Positions 37,124 to 51,556 of a stretch of DNA of 64,000 nucleotides are shown here, in pieces. The notes beneath the pieces were generated by a model. The model worked only from the letters and a program-made list of their open reading frames with translations, was not told where the DNA came from and searched no databases. The position numbers and the translations under genes were made by a program. The stretch comes from Schmidtea polychroa (Eukaryota). The DNA is taken from the NCBI GenBank assembly GCA_044892525.1, contig CM097885.1, positions 31,498,001-31,562,000 of the forward strand. The letters run 5' to 3'. The stretch's first letter is position 1. Every line of letters starts with the position of its first letter.

Positions 37124-38120
37124 ATTTTTATACTATTTTGCCGAGCAATAGTTGTCCATTAATTCATCCAGAAAATCAAGCAAGCAAATTCATCATCGAA
37201 CTCCAAAACTCTATCTATTTGGATAATGACTGGGAAGTTGCTCTGTTGGATTTTACATTTGTATACAATTTATTCCCAATCTATAGCAAATCTGTTATTG
37301 AATATAATAAGAAAGTAGCAGTAACGGAATATATTAATTTTCTTATTGATAAAGATAGTTATAACTTGACGAGTTCATCGAAATCAAGGAAACCTATAAT
37401 TTATGATGATGGTCAATATTTATACATGAATTGTTTGAATAAGCCATTCGAAATTTTATTTTCTACAATGGCTGATGCTAAACGTCTTGGATTTACTGAT
37501 TTACGTAATGTATTTAATGATACAGTCAAAATAAATCTCTCTACACTTCCAAAAACTAATAATTTAGTGGAATTCAAATTTAAGCTATCATACATTGAAA
37601 TAACAGAGCATGCATATACTTTTAAAGATAATTTATATATTACAGACCTCGAACAATTACAATCTTATTTAGGTGATAATTGTAGCGATATTTTAACAGT
37701 TTTCGAGCTTCAAAAAGATAAAGTATTTAGATTTAGTATAAATTCTAATCTTAGTCAAATTTGACAAAAACATTAGGATTGACTAAACCAGTATGTACAC
37801 AAAATGAACAAATTTGTGAAGGAACAAACAAACCGAAAATCCTTAAACATCATCAGCAAATGTTCATTTACAGTAATATCGTGGTACCAGTTATTGTTGG
37901 CGATTCTAGTGTTCCTTTAATGAAATCTATATGGATTGAAAAACATGATCAAGATGAAGTTGTACAAATCAATGTAGAAAATCCCATGTATTTACCTGTT
38001 TCAACATCTTGTATAAACAATATAGAAATAAATATAAGAGATGATTCTGGTCAATTAATCGAATTTCCAAAAGGTTCAAAAACTCATTTGACATTACATT
38101 TTCGTAAAATAAATGGCTAA
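37069..38120 (+). pseudogene. Minor capsid protein (penton), frameshifted near 37760
   Basis: ORFs 37069..37764 and 37761..38120 carry the N- and C-terminal penton motifs. Confidence 0.85.
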
Positions 38121-38487
38121 TTCTGATATTATTAGTATGTATAGTGGTAGCCAATCTGGTGGTGATTTACCATATTTTATTGGTAAACAGTACGGATCAG
38201 GATGGTTGAGAACAATTGGTAGATTTGCATTGCCTATTCTTAAACGTATTGGTAGTTTTGGTATGAAAACTGCAAAAGATGTTATTATGAATGAACAGAA
38301 AATATTACCATCTCTAAAAACAAATGCTTTAGCAGAATTAGGGAAAGTTTTACCCGGGGTTGCAGGTATGTTTCAAAAAGAAAAACCTCCAGCTCCAGCT
38401 CCAGCTCATGCTCCAAAACGTAAACGACATGGAATATCACGTATAAACAAACGAATGAAAGGACATGGAACTATATTTGCAAAATGA
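38113..38487 (+). CDS. Small basic core/membrane-active virion protein
   Basis: Near-identical to 15113..15475. Confidence 0.65.
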   Translation: MANSDIISMYSGSQSGGDLPYFIGKQYGSGWLRTIGRFALPILKRIGSFGMKTAKDVIMNEQKILPSLKTNALAELGKVLPGVAGMFQKEKPPAPAPAHAPKRKRHGISRINKRMKGHGTIFAK

Positions 38488-39694
38488 TTTGTGGTAAATC
38501 TGAATTATGTATATTTGATAGACCATCGCCCCAGGCTGTAATAGAATTTGGGGCATTTGAGGAAGTTTTTCCTATGAATTCAATTACCGATAGTAGAAAT
38601 GATATCGAGTTTTATATTAAACCGAATATTTAGATTTGAACGATACTTTATTGACTGTTCAGATTAAGGTTGTAGATAAAGATAGAAAAGTTTTGGATGC
38701 CAATGCAGATGTAATACCGAACAATTTCCTGTTTCATACTCTTTTTAAAGATGCAGTGTTGGGATTTAATAATATCAAGATTGAGGGCGGAAATAATACA
38801 TTCATTCACAAGGCATTAATAGAAACTAGTTTAAATTACAATTCCGATACTAAAAATACATGTCTTACTCCTATGGGCTATGGCAGTGATGATGAAAGAA
38901 AAAAGTGGGTAAAAGGCTCAAAGGTTTTCACCATGTGCTCATCATTACAACTTGATTTTATGGATCAACCGAAATATTTACTACCGGGAGTTAATGTACA
39001 TATTAGACTGAAAAGGTCTGATTCTGCATTATCTCTTACTAGTGCAACTAATACACCAATATGTCAATTAGTTGATGCTAAATTATTGGTGAGAAGAGTA
39101 CGAGTAGACCCCTCAGTATTAGCAGGTCATCAATTGGGTCTTAATTCAAAACATGCAATTTATCCATTAAAAACAAAGGAAATTGTACAATTTGCTATTG
39201 CTAAAGGTGCTTCATCATTCTATAAAGAACAAATATTTGGTGACAGAAGAATGCCTAATTTTATTCTGATAACATTTCAAAGTGAAGCACAATATAATGG
39301 ATCATATACTGCATCCAGCTCAATTTTTAAAAACTTTAATGTTACTTCATTGACTTTGTCGAAAAATACTGATTATAGAGAAACATATATTCAAGATTTC
39401 GAGAATGACAATTTCTGTGCGACATATATGCAGAGTATTGTTAGAAATCTGGGTTATTTAGATAAAAATTTGAATTGCGGAATAACTCTAGAAGATTTTA
39501 AAAGCAAATACCCATTTTTTACATTTGTTTTAGCCCCTGATTTTGATTTAAATCAAAGTCAATTACCTCAAAATGGAAATTTACGACTGGATATAAAGTT
39601 TGCAAAAGCTATTACTGAACCAGTACATGTTATAATATATGGAGTATTTGAAAATGAAGTTCAAATTACTGCAAATAGAACTGTGTTGGTATAA
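38484..39694 (+). pseudogene. Major capsid protein with a 10-nt deletion frameshift near 38620
   Basis: MICGKSELC start overlaps the upstream stop (ATGA); the NGSQ codons are lost; the rest matches copy-1 MCP. Confidence 0.88.
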
Positions 39695-40106
39695 ATGTAT
39701 ATTGAGACACAAAATGTTATCATGGAGTAAGTTGTTTTTTATACTCTGGATTTATTTAAGTAGTTCTGTTCAGGTCAATAAAATCGAAAAACAGATATTG
39801 GGAAATGAATTTGTTGGAGTTTTTCCTCTTGATAAAATTCCATATTTGAGCAATAATCAAGCAATAATCGTCAATACTCAATCGTCTCATCTTGGTGGAG
39901 AACATTGGATAGCTATATATGTGAAACCTGGTAATATATTCGTGTTCGATCCTATGGGTTTTTATTACCCGGCTTTGTTGATATCAAAACTACAAACAAT
40001 GGGGAAACCTATTGTGTATAATAAAACTATGTTTCAAAATCCCTTGACCCAAACATGCGGTCAACATTGTTTAGCTTGGTTATTGTACAAAAAATTTGAT
40101 GTTTAA
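39695..40106 (+). CDS. Adenain-like cysteine protease; intron 39727-39763
   Basis: GEHWIA, FDPMG, QNPLTQTCGQHC; same intron as in copy 1. Confidence 0.9.
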
Positions 40107-40232
40107 TAAATGTATCCTTTCCTTTGGTGTTGTGATTATTATTATTAATATTATTAATATTATTATTATTATTGTGATTATTATTAATATTATTATTATT
40201 AATATTATTATTATTAATATTATTATTATTAA

Positions 40233-40293
<61 letters not shown>

Positions 40294-40682
40294 ATTATTA
40301 TTATTAATATTATTATTATTAATATTATTATTATTGTGAAAAATATTATTATTTTTAATTAATTTTATTATTATTCTAATAAATATTATTATTTGTAACA
40401 TAAAGACTACCTATGCCTCAAGCATGCACAGTGCAAGTTAACAAAGGCATGACTAACAAAGGCAGTCACATGTAATTTTGAGTGATTTACATTACATGCA
40501 TGCATGCGTGTGATTGGTTGAGAGAGTAAAATATTCAGTGTATATGTGTGTGTGTCTATATTCTCATTGGCTGGGACAGGAAAATATTCATTCTCTTTAT
40601 AAACATCGACAAATCTAAAATTTGTCACAATTATTTCAAAATTTTAAAAATTCTATTTCGAAATCAAGGAAAGCTATCTAAA

Positions 40683-41703
40683 ATGGAAAACACCAATAAT
40701 AATAATAATATTTTACGACATCTTTTGACAACTATGGGTAATTTATTTTATTTTTATTTTATTATATTTTATTTTATTCATTTAGAACCATTCGATTGGT
40801 ATGAAGTTACCGAAGACGAAACTATATTAAATGTCGACAATATATTCGGTAAATTTATCATTTTAATTTTTATTAAATTAATTTTTTTTCATTTCAGAAA
40901 ATGATAATGAAAATAGCGACGATGATGTCGTTTTTCTCGGCCAAACTGATGCCTCTAATAAGATCTTTGGTAAATTTAATATTTTAATTTTTATTAAATT
41001 AATTTTTCATTTCAGAAAATGATAATGAAAATAGCGACGATGATATCATTTTTCTTGGGCAAAGTGATGCCCCTAATTATGCCCCAGTTTACAAAGAAAA
41101 AAGTAAATTTTATTATTTTTCATTTTATTAAATTAATTTTTCATTTTAGAAAATGTTTCAATTGCCCCAGTTTTCAATGTTGATATTGATGCAGATGAAA
41201 TTAATAATAATGAAGATGATGGTGAAATTAATACTGAAGATGATGGTGAAATTGGTAATATCCCGTCTGAGGATGATTCCGACATGGAATCCCAATGTAA
41301 GAATTATTTATTTTTATATATATATATATTTTTTATATATATATTTAAAATTTCGTAATAACTTTTTAAAGATTTTCATAAAAACATTTTTAAATATTTT
41401 GATAAAAATTTTTTAAATATTTGGATAAAAATTATGAAACTCTTGAAGAAAATGATTTTATGATGAAAATATGCCAAAAAATATGAAGAAGAAAAAATGA
41501 AAATGATTTATGAAGAAAATGATTATGATGAAAATATGACGAAAATTATGAAGAAAATGATTTATGATTTATGATGAAAATGATTATATGAAGTAAATAC
41601 TACGTTTTTTTTTGAAAATTATTATGAAAATATTTAAAAAAGTTATTACGAAATTATAGTTATAAAATCCTTGTAGTTTGCAATGTGCATCTACAATAGT
41701 TAA

Positions 41704-41788
<85 letters not shown>

Positions 41789-42185
41789 TAAATAATAATG
41801 TAGTCTACAGTAAGCATGTAGCTACATAGTAGTCTGCAGTGAGCATGCAGCTACTTCTCTTTAATAATAATATAAATATTAATGTAGTCTACAGTAAGCA
41901 TGTAGCTATATAGTAGTCTGCAGTGAGCATGCAGCTACTTCTCTTTAATAATAATATAAATAATAATGTAGTCTACAGTAATCATGTAGCTACATAGTAG
42001 TCTGCAGTGAGCATGCAGCTACATAGTAGTCTGCAGTGAGCATGCAGCTACTTCTCTTTTATATAATAATAATAAAAATAATCATAATAATATATAAATA
42101 ATAATAAGACCCCCATCTACAGTAGTTTGCAGTAAGCATGCAGCTACATAGTAGTCTACAGTGAGCATGTAGCTACTTCTCTTTA

Positions 42186-42222
<37 letters not shown>

Positions 42223-45200
42223 CTGACTCGTCTACTATAGTCTCTCTAATATTTAACATATTCTTATAATAATCTGACCCATATACTAAAATGTCTCTAA
42301 TATTCTCTCGAATATATTAACCTATTTTCTATAAGGTTTTATCATCATTTGTTATATAGTTCATTTGAATTAAATAACAAATGATGATAAATCCTTATAG
42401 ATGTAACAATTAGTTTTCAATATAGAAAAGAATAAAACTTTAATTTTATTATTTAACAGGTAGACTATACCCAAATTATTGCCAATCCTCAATTGGCCAT
42501 AACGACAAATGTCATGATACAATGAGAAAATATTACCGAAAAAAGTTTAATTCAGTCAACTTTTTTATATGCCCCAAATGCGTGACTAGCGAAAAAATAA
42601 AATATATGACATTTTTTAATAAACATCATAGTCACTTAGGGCAATTTTCGATTTCAAAAAATGTTTTATTTAAAAAAATAAATAAAAATAAAAAAAATTA
42701 CAAAAAAATTTAGAAAAAAATATTATTAAAAAAAATATTATTAAAAAAGATTTAAAAAATATTAAAAAAAATATTATAAAAGAAAAAACAGATACTATTA
42801 AAAAAGATTCTATAAATATTATTAAAAAAGATTCTATAAATATTATTAAAAAAAGAGATTCTATTAAAAGACCTGCTGGTTTAATTAAAAATTGCATTCC
42901 TAATAAATTATCGCGACCTGAAGTGATAGTCATCAGCAAAGATGAATGTGTAGCTTCAACATCGTTCACACAACAAGCACCCTTTACACAACAAGCACCC
43001 TCTACACAACAAGAAGTGATAGTCATCAATGATGAATATGTAGCTTCAACGTCTTTCAACATATGTCAAATAGGCGGCTCTTTGTTTGAACCTATGGTAG
43101 AATCCGATTTGAACGGATCCCGAAAAACATTAAAATTTGACATAAGAAATCAAAACTTAGTAAAAATAGCCCTAACATCAAAAATTGAAGAAAGATTAAT
43201 AGAGGAAATAGAAAAGATGGGCAATGTAAAAATTCAATTTGCAATTTTAATTAAATTTGAAAAAGATGGGGAGATCCGGGATAATTATTTTTCAAACAAT
43301 GCGCAAGTTTTTACATCAAACTTTATAAACGAGGGGGTGAGCAAATTAAATGAAAAGATTGAGCAATTCACTTATTTATGAAGCGGGTGGCGAGTAATGA
43401 ATATTTTAGAGTTAGATTTTATTTTAACGAAATACGCACCCGTTAGTAGATTATCCGGACATAGTTATATAAAAACCCCATCTGCATTAAAATTAAAACA
43501 CGCAATAATTAATGTTAAAAACAACGACCATAAGTGTTTCTTATATAGCATTCTTGCACTTTTAAAAAGAGAAGAAATAGGTCGTAATCATCAAAGAGCC
43601 GCCAAATATTATGAATTTTTACATCTATTAAATTATGATGAAAACACAGATTGCCCGATGAGGCTATGTAACATCCCCAAATTTGAAAGAAAAAATCCAG
43701 ATTTAAATTTAAGCATAAACGTTCTGTCTTATAATCCAGCCAGTTCTGATTGTGATATTTCTGAGGATTATGTAGCTCACCACCCTCATCTTAATATTGT
43801 ACATCACTCCAAGGTTATAGATGGTAGGCCAATTTATTTATTACTTTTGAGTAATAAAGATAAATATCATTATACGGCCGTGACAGACTTGGACAAATTA
43901 ATGAATTGTCATTTAAATGAAAATGTTAACGTTCAAATAAGGTGTAACTGGTGCCCACATTGTTTAAATGGCTTTAGATATAAGAATGCTTTCGGTCAGC
44001 ATGTTGCTCTATGCTGTAAAAATCAGACTGGCACAACCTTGTATACACTTCCTAAAAATAAGGATTTATTATTCACAGATTACGCAAAAACCGTTACACC
44101 TCCCTTCGTAATTTATGCCGATTTTGAATCGGTTTTACCAGAACATGAAACATATCATCAAATACATTTACCCATATCAGCAGGTCTTTTATTAATTAAT
44201 AATTATACAAACACTAAATTTTATTATTATTTTTTTGGACCTAATTGTATTTTGGATTTTTTGAGGAAAGTGGAGGAAATTACTGTCACAATTGTCCTGC
44301 CATATTATGAACTTGAAGGTCGTAAAGGTATGTCTACTTTGTCTTTTGCTCAGGAGCGTGCCTTTCGATCTACCACTATTTGTTACTTGTGTAAAAAATC
44401 TATTATTAATCCTGTGAGAGATCATTGCCATTTTACAGGTAGATATGTCGGAGCGGCATGTAGGAAATGCAATGTCTCTCGCAGGATTAATAAGTTGTTA
44501 CCTGTTGTCTTTCATTATTTACGAGGCTATGACCTCCACCATATTTTAAAACATGGTCTCAGTGATTTTCCCCTTTGGGAACTTAATATTATACCTACCT
44601 CTACAGAAAAATTTATATCTTTAATTGCATATATTAACAAATTGCCTGTTCGTTTTATTGACAGCATGCAATTTATCAATTGTTCTTTAGCAAAAGCTGT
44701 GAAAACACTTACTACTTTTCCGTTAACTTCGTCTGTCTTTCAAGGGTCGATGATTCACTCTAAAGGTATCTTTCCATATGATTTCGCTACTTCTTTGGAT
44801 GTTCTTGAATCGACTTTAGAATTACCTCCTATTTGGTCTGATGTTACGGAAGATCAGTACGCTGAGGCTCAACTAATTTGGAGTCAGCATAACTGTAATA
44901 ATTTGTTAGATTATATGTTAATCTACCTAAAATTGGACGTATACCTCCTCGCAGACTATTTTCAGCAATTCCGCGGTAAGGCAATTGCTTACAATGGTCT
45001 GGATCCTCTTAATTTCTATGAGATTCCCGGTATGTCATGGGCCTCAGCGCTTATGACATTAACGGAACCAATAGAACTTCTGCAGGACATGGAAATGTAT
45101 AATTTCTATGAGGGAGGGTTCCGGGGTGGGTTAACATTTGTTAACAAACATTACACGGCTACTTCAGATGATACAGAATTATTGTACATTGATATAAATA

Positions 45201-46484
45201 ATCTGTATGGTTGGGCTCTTAGCCAAAATCTTCCGTATGGTGATTTTTCTTGGGTGAATGATAACTTGAATGATGTTTTACTTGAATGTATGAACACGGA
45301 TATTGATAACCTTCCATATGGGTATACTATGGAGGTCGATATCGATATTCCGGAATGTGTGCATGACTTTTTGAATGATTTTACGCTTGCGCCGGAAAAG
45401 TTGTGCCCGCCTAATTCAAAAGTTGAGAAGCTTATGCTTACGCATTGGCCAAAGAGGAACTATGTTCTTCATTGGAGGCTTCTCAAATTGTATATAGAAT
45501 TAGGTGGGGTGGTTGTAAATATTCATAGATGTATAAAGTTTAAACAAGGACCTATCTTTAAATCGTACATAGACACCAACACTACTTTACGATCTCAGTC
45601 TACTAGCGAAATATATAGGGACTTGTTTAAATTGTATAATAACAGTCTGTACGGTAAATCCGTTGAAAATCTGAAAAAACGAATGAATTTGAGGTTGTGT
45701 AATTCATCCGAAAAGATGATAGTATACTCCTCAAAGCCGACTTTCAGAAAGTCTATAAGAATCGATGACGATCTGATTGCGGCACATTTGGAAAAAGATT
45801 CAATTTGTTTAGACAGACCTAGCTACATCGGTCAAACAGTACTATATCTGTCTAAACTGCGGATGTACCACTCCAATATATTGATTTGGAGAAGTACAGG
45901 CGACAATATAAATGTATTATAAATATTATTGCCGGTGATACCGACAGTTTCTTTTTGGAAATAAAAAATTTAAAATTATCAACTCTATTACCTCAGATGA
46001 TCTCTGATAATTTATTGGATACGTCAAATTACGATCCAACACACCCCTTGTATAATAGGAACCTTGACTCTGTCATCGGGAAGTTTAAAGATGAGAGCAA
46101 GGGATTAGGTTATTCTGAATGGGTTTTCTTACGCCCTAAATGTTATAGTCTTTTAGGTAGTAAGGAAACGGTAAAAGCGAAGGGGTTAAATTACCAGGGA
46201 CATCAATAAATCATGAATCGTATTTAAATTGCTTTCATTCAAATCAGGTGATTTCTGTACCGCAGACTAGAATAGGTACTAGAAATCACCAACTTTTTAC
46301 TTTCAAAAATTCGAAAATTGCCCTAAGTAATAATGATGATAAGCGCGCGTGACTAGGAAAAAACATAAGTTACGCAGTTGGGCACTATTTAGGAGTTGAC
46401 GAATTAAGCGAATATGATGAGGAAATCGGTCCAGCTCCAAGTCCCAGTTTTGACGACAGCGAATGGGATGAAGATCAAATTTAA
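40683..46484 (+). pseudogene. pPolB, spliced 5' end, multiple lesions
   Basis: Exons 40683-40737, 40786-40848, 40898-40969, 41016-41102, 41150-41296, 42460-46484. Frameshifts near 42695, 45870 and 46190; TGA stops at 43379 and 46350; all pPolB motifs recognisable. Confidence 0.9.
41800..42180. repeat. Nine 26-bp imperfect palindromes in the pPolB intron
   Basis: Consensus GTAG-T-CTRCA-GTRAGCA-TGYAG-CTAC. Confidence 0.85.
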
Positions 46485-46694
46485 ATAGGACAACTGAAAA
46501 TTGTGAAAATTGTATAGAAACTTTTATTTGATTTACAAAAAACTTGTATTTATAACTTGTATTATAACTTGTATATTGTATAAAACTTGTATTTATATAT
46601 ATACATATTGAATAAAATTTGTAATCAGATTTTTTTTAAATTTTTTAAGTATTTGTTGTTTTATTATAATTTTATATTTAATGGTGATTTTTAT

Positions 46695-46805
46695 ATAGTC
46701 TACAGTGAGCATGCAGCTATATCAGTATTTTTTTATATAGTCTACAGTGAGCATGTAGCTATATCAGTATATTTTTATATAGTCTGCAGTGAGCATGCAG
46801 CTATA
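46695..46805. repeat. Three further copies of the same palindrome downstream of pPolB
   Basis: Consensus ATAG-T-CTRCA-GTGAGCA-TGYAG-CTAT. Confidence 0.85.
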
Positions 46806-46828
46806 TCGATTACTATAATAATAATAAT

Positions 46829-46880
<52 letters not shown>

Positions 46881-46895
46881 CTTTAAACAGCTTGC

Positions 46896-46958
<63 letters not shown>

Positions 46959-47258
46959 CTTTAAACAGCTTGCAAGGTTACTAGTCATGCTTATAATATA
47001 CATTTGATGGTTACAATTTCTACATTTTGAAAGCTATATTTTGATTGGCTATCACAATTTTTATAAATGTAAGAACAAAAGTAATTTAGTTATTAAGAAA
47101 TTTATTACTAATGATTTCTATAAATAAAACTGATGAATGTGTAACACATTTGGTAACTTTATTATTTTGTCAATATTTTTTTTTCTATATACCATTTATA
47201 GCAAGGAAGTCCTACTAGAAATAAGGAAAAATTATGTCCAACCTATTCTGAAATTTCA

Positions 47259-47750
47259 TTGAAATTTTTTAACAACACAGTTGAAGATTTTATAAATAAT
47301 CATGATACTTACAGTGATAAGCAACTCATAAATATTTTAAAGATTTTCAAACATTCCTCTATTGAATATTTGATTGATTTATTTAATTATGATAAATCCA
47401 TTTTAAAGTTATCTAGTTATTTAATGTACTTAGAAAAAATAGCGGTAAACAATGATTCACTGAATGAATACTTTTGGAGTTGTATGTATTTAAGGTTGAA
47501 ACCTGGATATAGTAGATTGATTTATGAATGGATAGCAAAAGCCGATTTGATTGAAAATAAGCTAACGAAAAAACTGAACGATGTTAAGAAAAGGTATTTA
47601 ACTTGTTCAATTTGTAAAGAAAATCGAGTTTCGGTTTTGTATTTACCGTGTGGTCACGTAATTGTTTGTTCTAAGTGTCACGAGAAGAATGTTCGCAAGT
47701 GTCAAGCCTGTTCAACACTGATTAATGAATATCATACTATATACATGTAA
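47259..47750 (+). CDS. IAP-type RING finger protein (start uncertain)
   Basis: CSICKENRVSVLYLPCGHVIVCSKC..CQAC; homolog of 7498..8055. Confidence 0.8.
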   Translation: MKFFNNTVEDFINNHDTYSDKQLINILKIFKHSSIEYLIDLFNYDKSILKLSSYLMYLEKIAVNNDSLNEYFWSCMYLRLKPGYSRLIYEWIAKADLIENKLTKKLNDVKKRYLTCSICKENRVSVLYLPCGHVIVCSKCHEKNVRKCQACSTLINEYHTIYM

Positions 47751-49106
<1,356 letters not shown>

Positions 49107-50229
49107 TTCGTCATTTTCATGACAATAATTTCTTTAAAAATACATTTAAAAATATTTAAAAATTGTCTAAAATAAAGTTATTATAAAAACGTATCTTAGC
49201 GGCGCATTTCTATATATCGAAAGTTTGCGTGTGTTTTTTAGTATGCGTTATGTTTGTGTGCAGTATTTACTTTTTCTTCCACTTTTTAGATTTCTATAGT
49301 GTAAGGTGTATCTCATTGCACTATTACTGTAAACATCAACGTGAAATCAAAGTAAGCATGTATGTTTCTATAATGTAAGATTATTGGTTTTTTTCTTATA
49401 TTATAGGAAACGTATCTCATCGGTGTTTGGTGTAGTAGATGTTATTGCATTGCTGTCACTCATTGGATTCTCTATCCACTGTCTGTTGTCTGTTTCTCAA
49501 ATTATATGGCTCTCGATTTTAAATTTTTGAATATTTAATTAGTTTTTAATTAATTTTTAACAATTTCCAATTTTTATAATACATTTTACATTATTGTATA
49601 ACTCAAACATATATGATACTTTAACAAATATACTTTCAATCATATAATAAATTCAATTAATTACAAAATTTCAATAAATCACTTTTAAAAAATGGCTTTT
49701 CGTTTTTATTGAGTATGGATTTAAACAAAATAAAGTTATAACTTTGATTAAAATTACAACATGAATTCATGAAGAATTTTTTTCTTTCCTTTAAAGCCGT
49801 GTATTTCTAGATTCTTCAAACTTTAAGATTAGGCTAAATTAAAGTATATAAATCAGTGAGATGCGGTATAATAATATTTTTCAAATTAATTTCCAAATAA
49901 AAAGCTTTTATCTTTGTCATCTTCAATCAATTTTCCTTATCTTTATTTTTTTTCAGATTATGAATCAAAATTTTGTGTTAAATATAAAACAAAATATTGA
50001 GCTACTATTAGTATTATTCAAAGTTATATTTTTATTTGTACAAAAATATTTGTACAAAGATTGCATTGGAAAATATTTCTTGATAGTTTTTGTGAGTTTA
50101 AATATAAGCGTAATATGTGTGAGAATTACATTTCCGTAAATAGAATTTGGACATTTCTGGAAAAGCATTGAAAAATTGTTAGATTTATTGTAGAATAATT
50201 GCTACAACCTACGGTGAAAATGTGTGGGA

Positions 50230-50700
50230 AAATGACATGATGCTTTTCTCAAGAAACCTTTCATGCTCACCTGGAATATGTTTAGTGCACACAAATCGGA
50301 TGAAGTGAAGAAGGTTGTCAAGAAGATTAAGACAACACTTGTTGTCATTCCAAGAGGTTTAACTTCTGTTCTACAACATTTGTATATTTCTCTTATTAAA
50401 CCATTCAAAGACAGACTTCAAGATGGATATGTTCTGGGAACGCAAAACTGACAAAAGTAAGCAATCTGCAAAGACCCAGAATTGATCACGTCGTTAAATG
50501 GGTCAAAGATGAGTGTGAGTCAATTTAATTGGACATGATTGCAAAATCCTTTAAGAAATGTTGCGTAAGAAATACGCTTGAATGTTCAGAAATTACACTG
50601 TATTCGAAGACGAATCTGGTGCTTCAAAGAACCACGAGACCCACAATGATGACGTATACGATGACAACGAACATATTACAAAAGAGGAATTTTATCAACT
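50230..50700 (+). pseudogene. pogo-like DDE transposase remnant
   Basis: FSAHK..LVVIPRGLTSVLQHLYISLIKPFKDRL and MIAKSFKKC segments with stops and frameshifts. Confidence 0.75.
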
Positions 50701-51556
50701 GTTCGGGGATTCCGATAATTATTATTTTAAGATTTTAATGATTTTAATTTAAAAAACTTTGATATTCCTATTTATGAATATAATTATTGGTAAGGGTCGG
50801 CTTATGAACAAACGGCCTTTGGGACGAGTATCGTGGTAAATATTTATTTTAATATATTATCTTTTTAAATTTTATGTAAAAAAGTAGAATTTATATTTAT
50901 ATTTATATATTTATAAAACTTAAACATTTTCATTTCAAAATCTTGGCTAGGTTAATAATTTGATTCTAAATTGTTTTAGCAAGTAAAAAAATTGTCATTT
51001 GACAATTGATGGATTTAAAATTAATGTAAACAAAAAATAAATCTTAAGATGAATTCAGATGTTCTAACTTATTTACAAAAAAGCTTGACTATAAATCAGT
51101 AAATATATCGACATATTTACTGATTCAAGTTTACTGAGTCAAGCTTTTTAATAAATACTAAGTCAATTGAAAAGAAATCAGCGGTGAAATTGAAAAAAGT
51201 TCTTATTATAGAAAATGTTAAATATTATGTTAATTTGTGTTTTAAGAATGTCAGTTTTGTCTACTATGTCTTTTTAGTTGAATATTCAAAGTACCCCATT
51301 ATAAAGATGCTTTCAGATCCTGGATAGAATATAAAAAAAAGGTAAGACACTAACTAACATGAAAATTATTTTAGAATAATCAAACGTTTTATACTACTTT
51401 TGCTATTTAATTGAAATTAAAAAAGAAACCCCGGGTATATTTTTGATTGGCAGTAGTGACCTGTATCCAGTATGAGTATTCATTCATACTAGCCACAGGT
51501 CACTACTATCAACCAAGTTGAGTGAAAACAATATTTAATTTGACATGAAAAATCTC

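Noticed and set aside
41800..42180. Palindromic repeats as a CRISPR-like array
   Set aside because: Spacers are 3 nt or repeated AT-rich sequence rather than unique.
43379..43381. Programmed readthrough or an alternative genetic code for pPolB stops
   Set aside because: Stops fall at different positions in the two copies (Gly and Trp codons here) and accompany frameshifts; ordinary decay is simpler.
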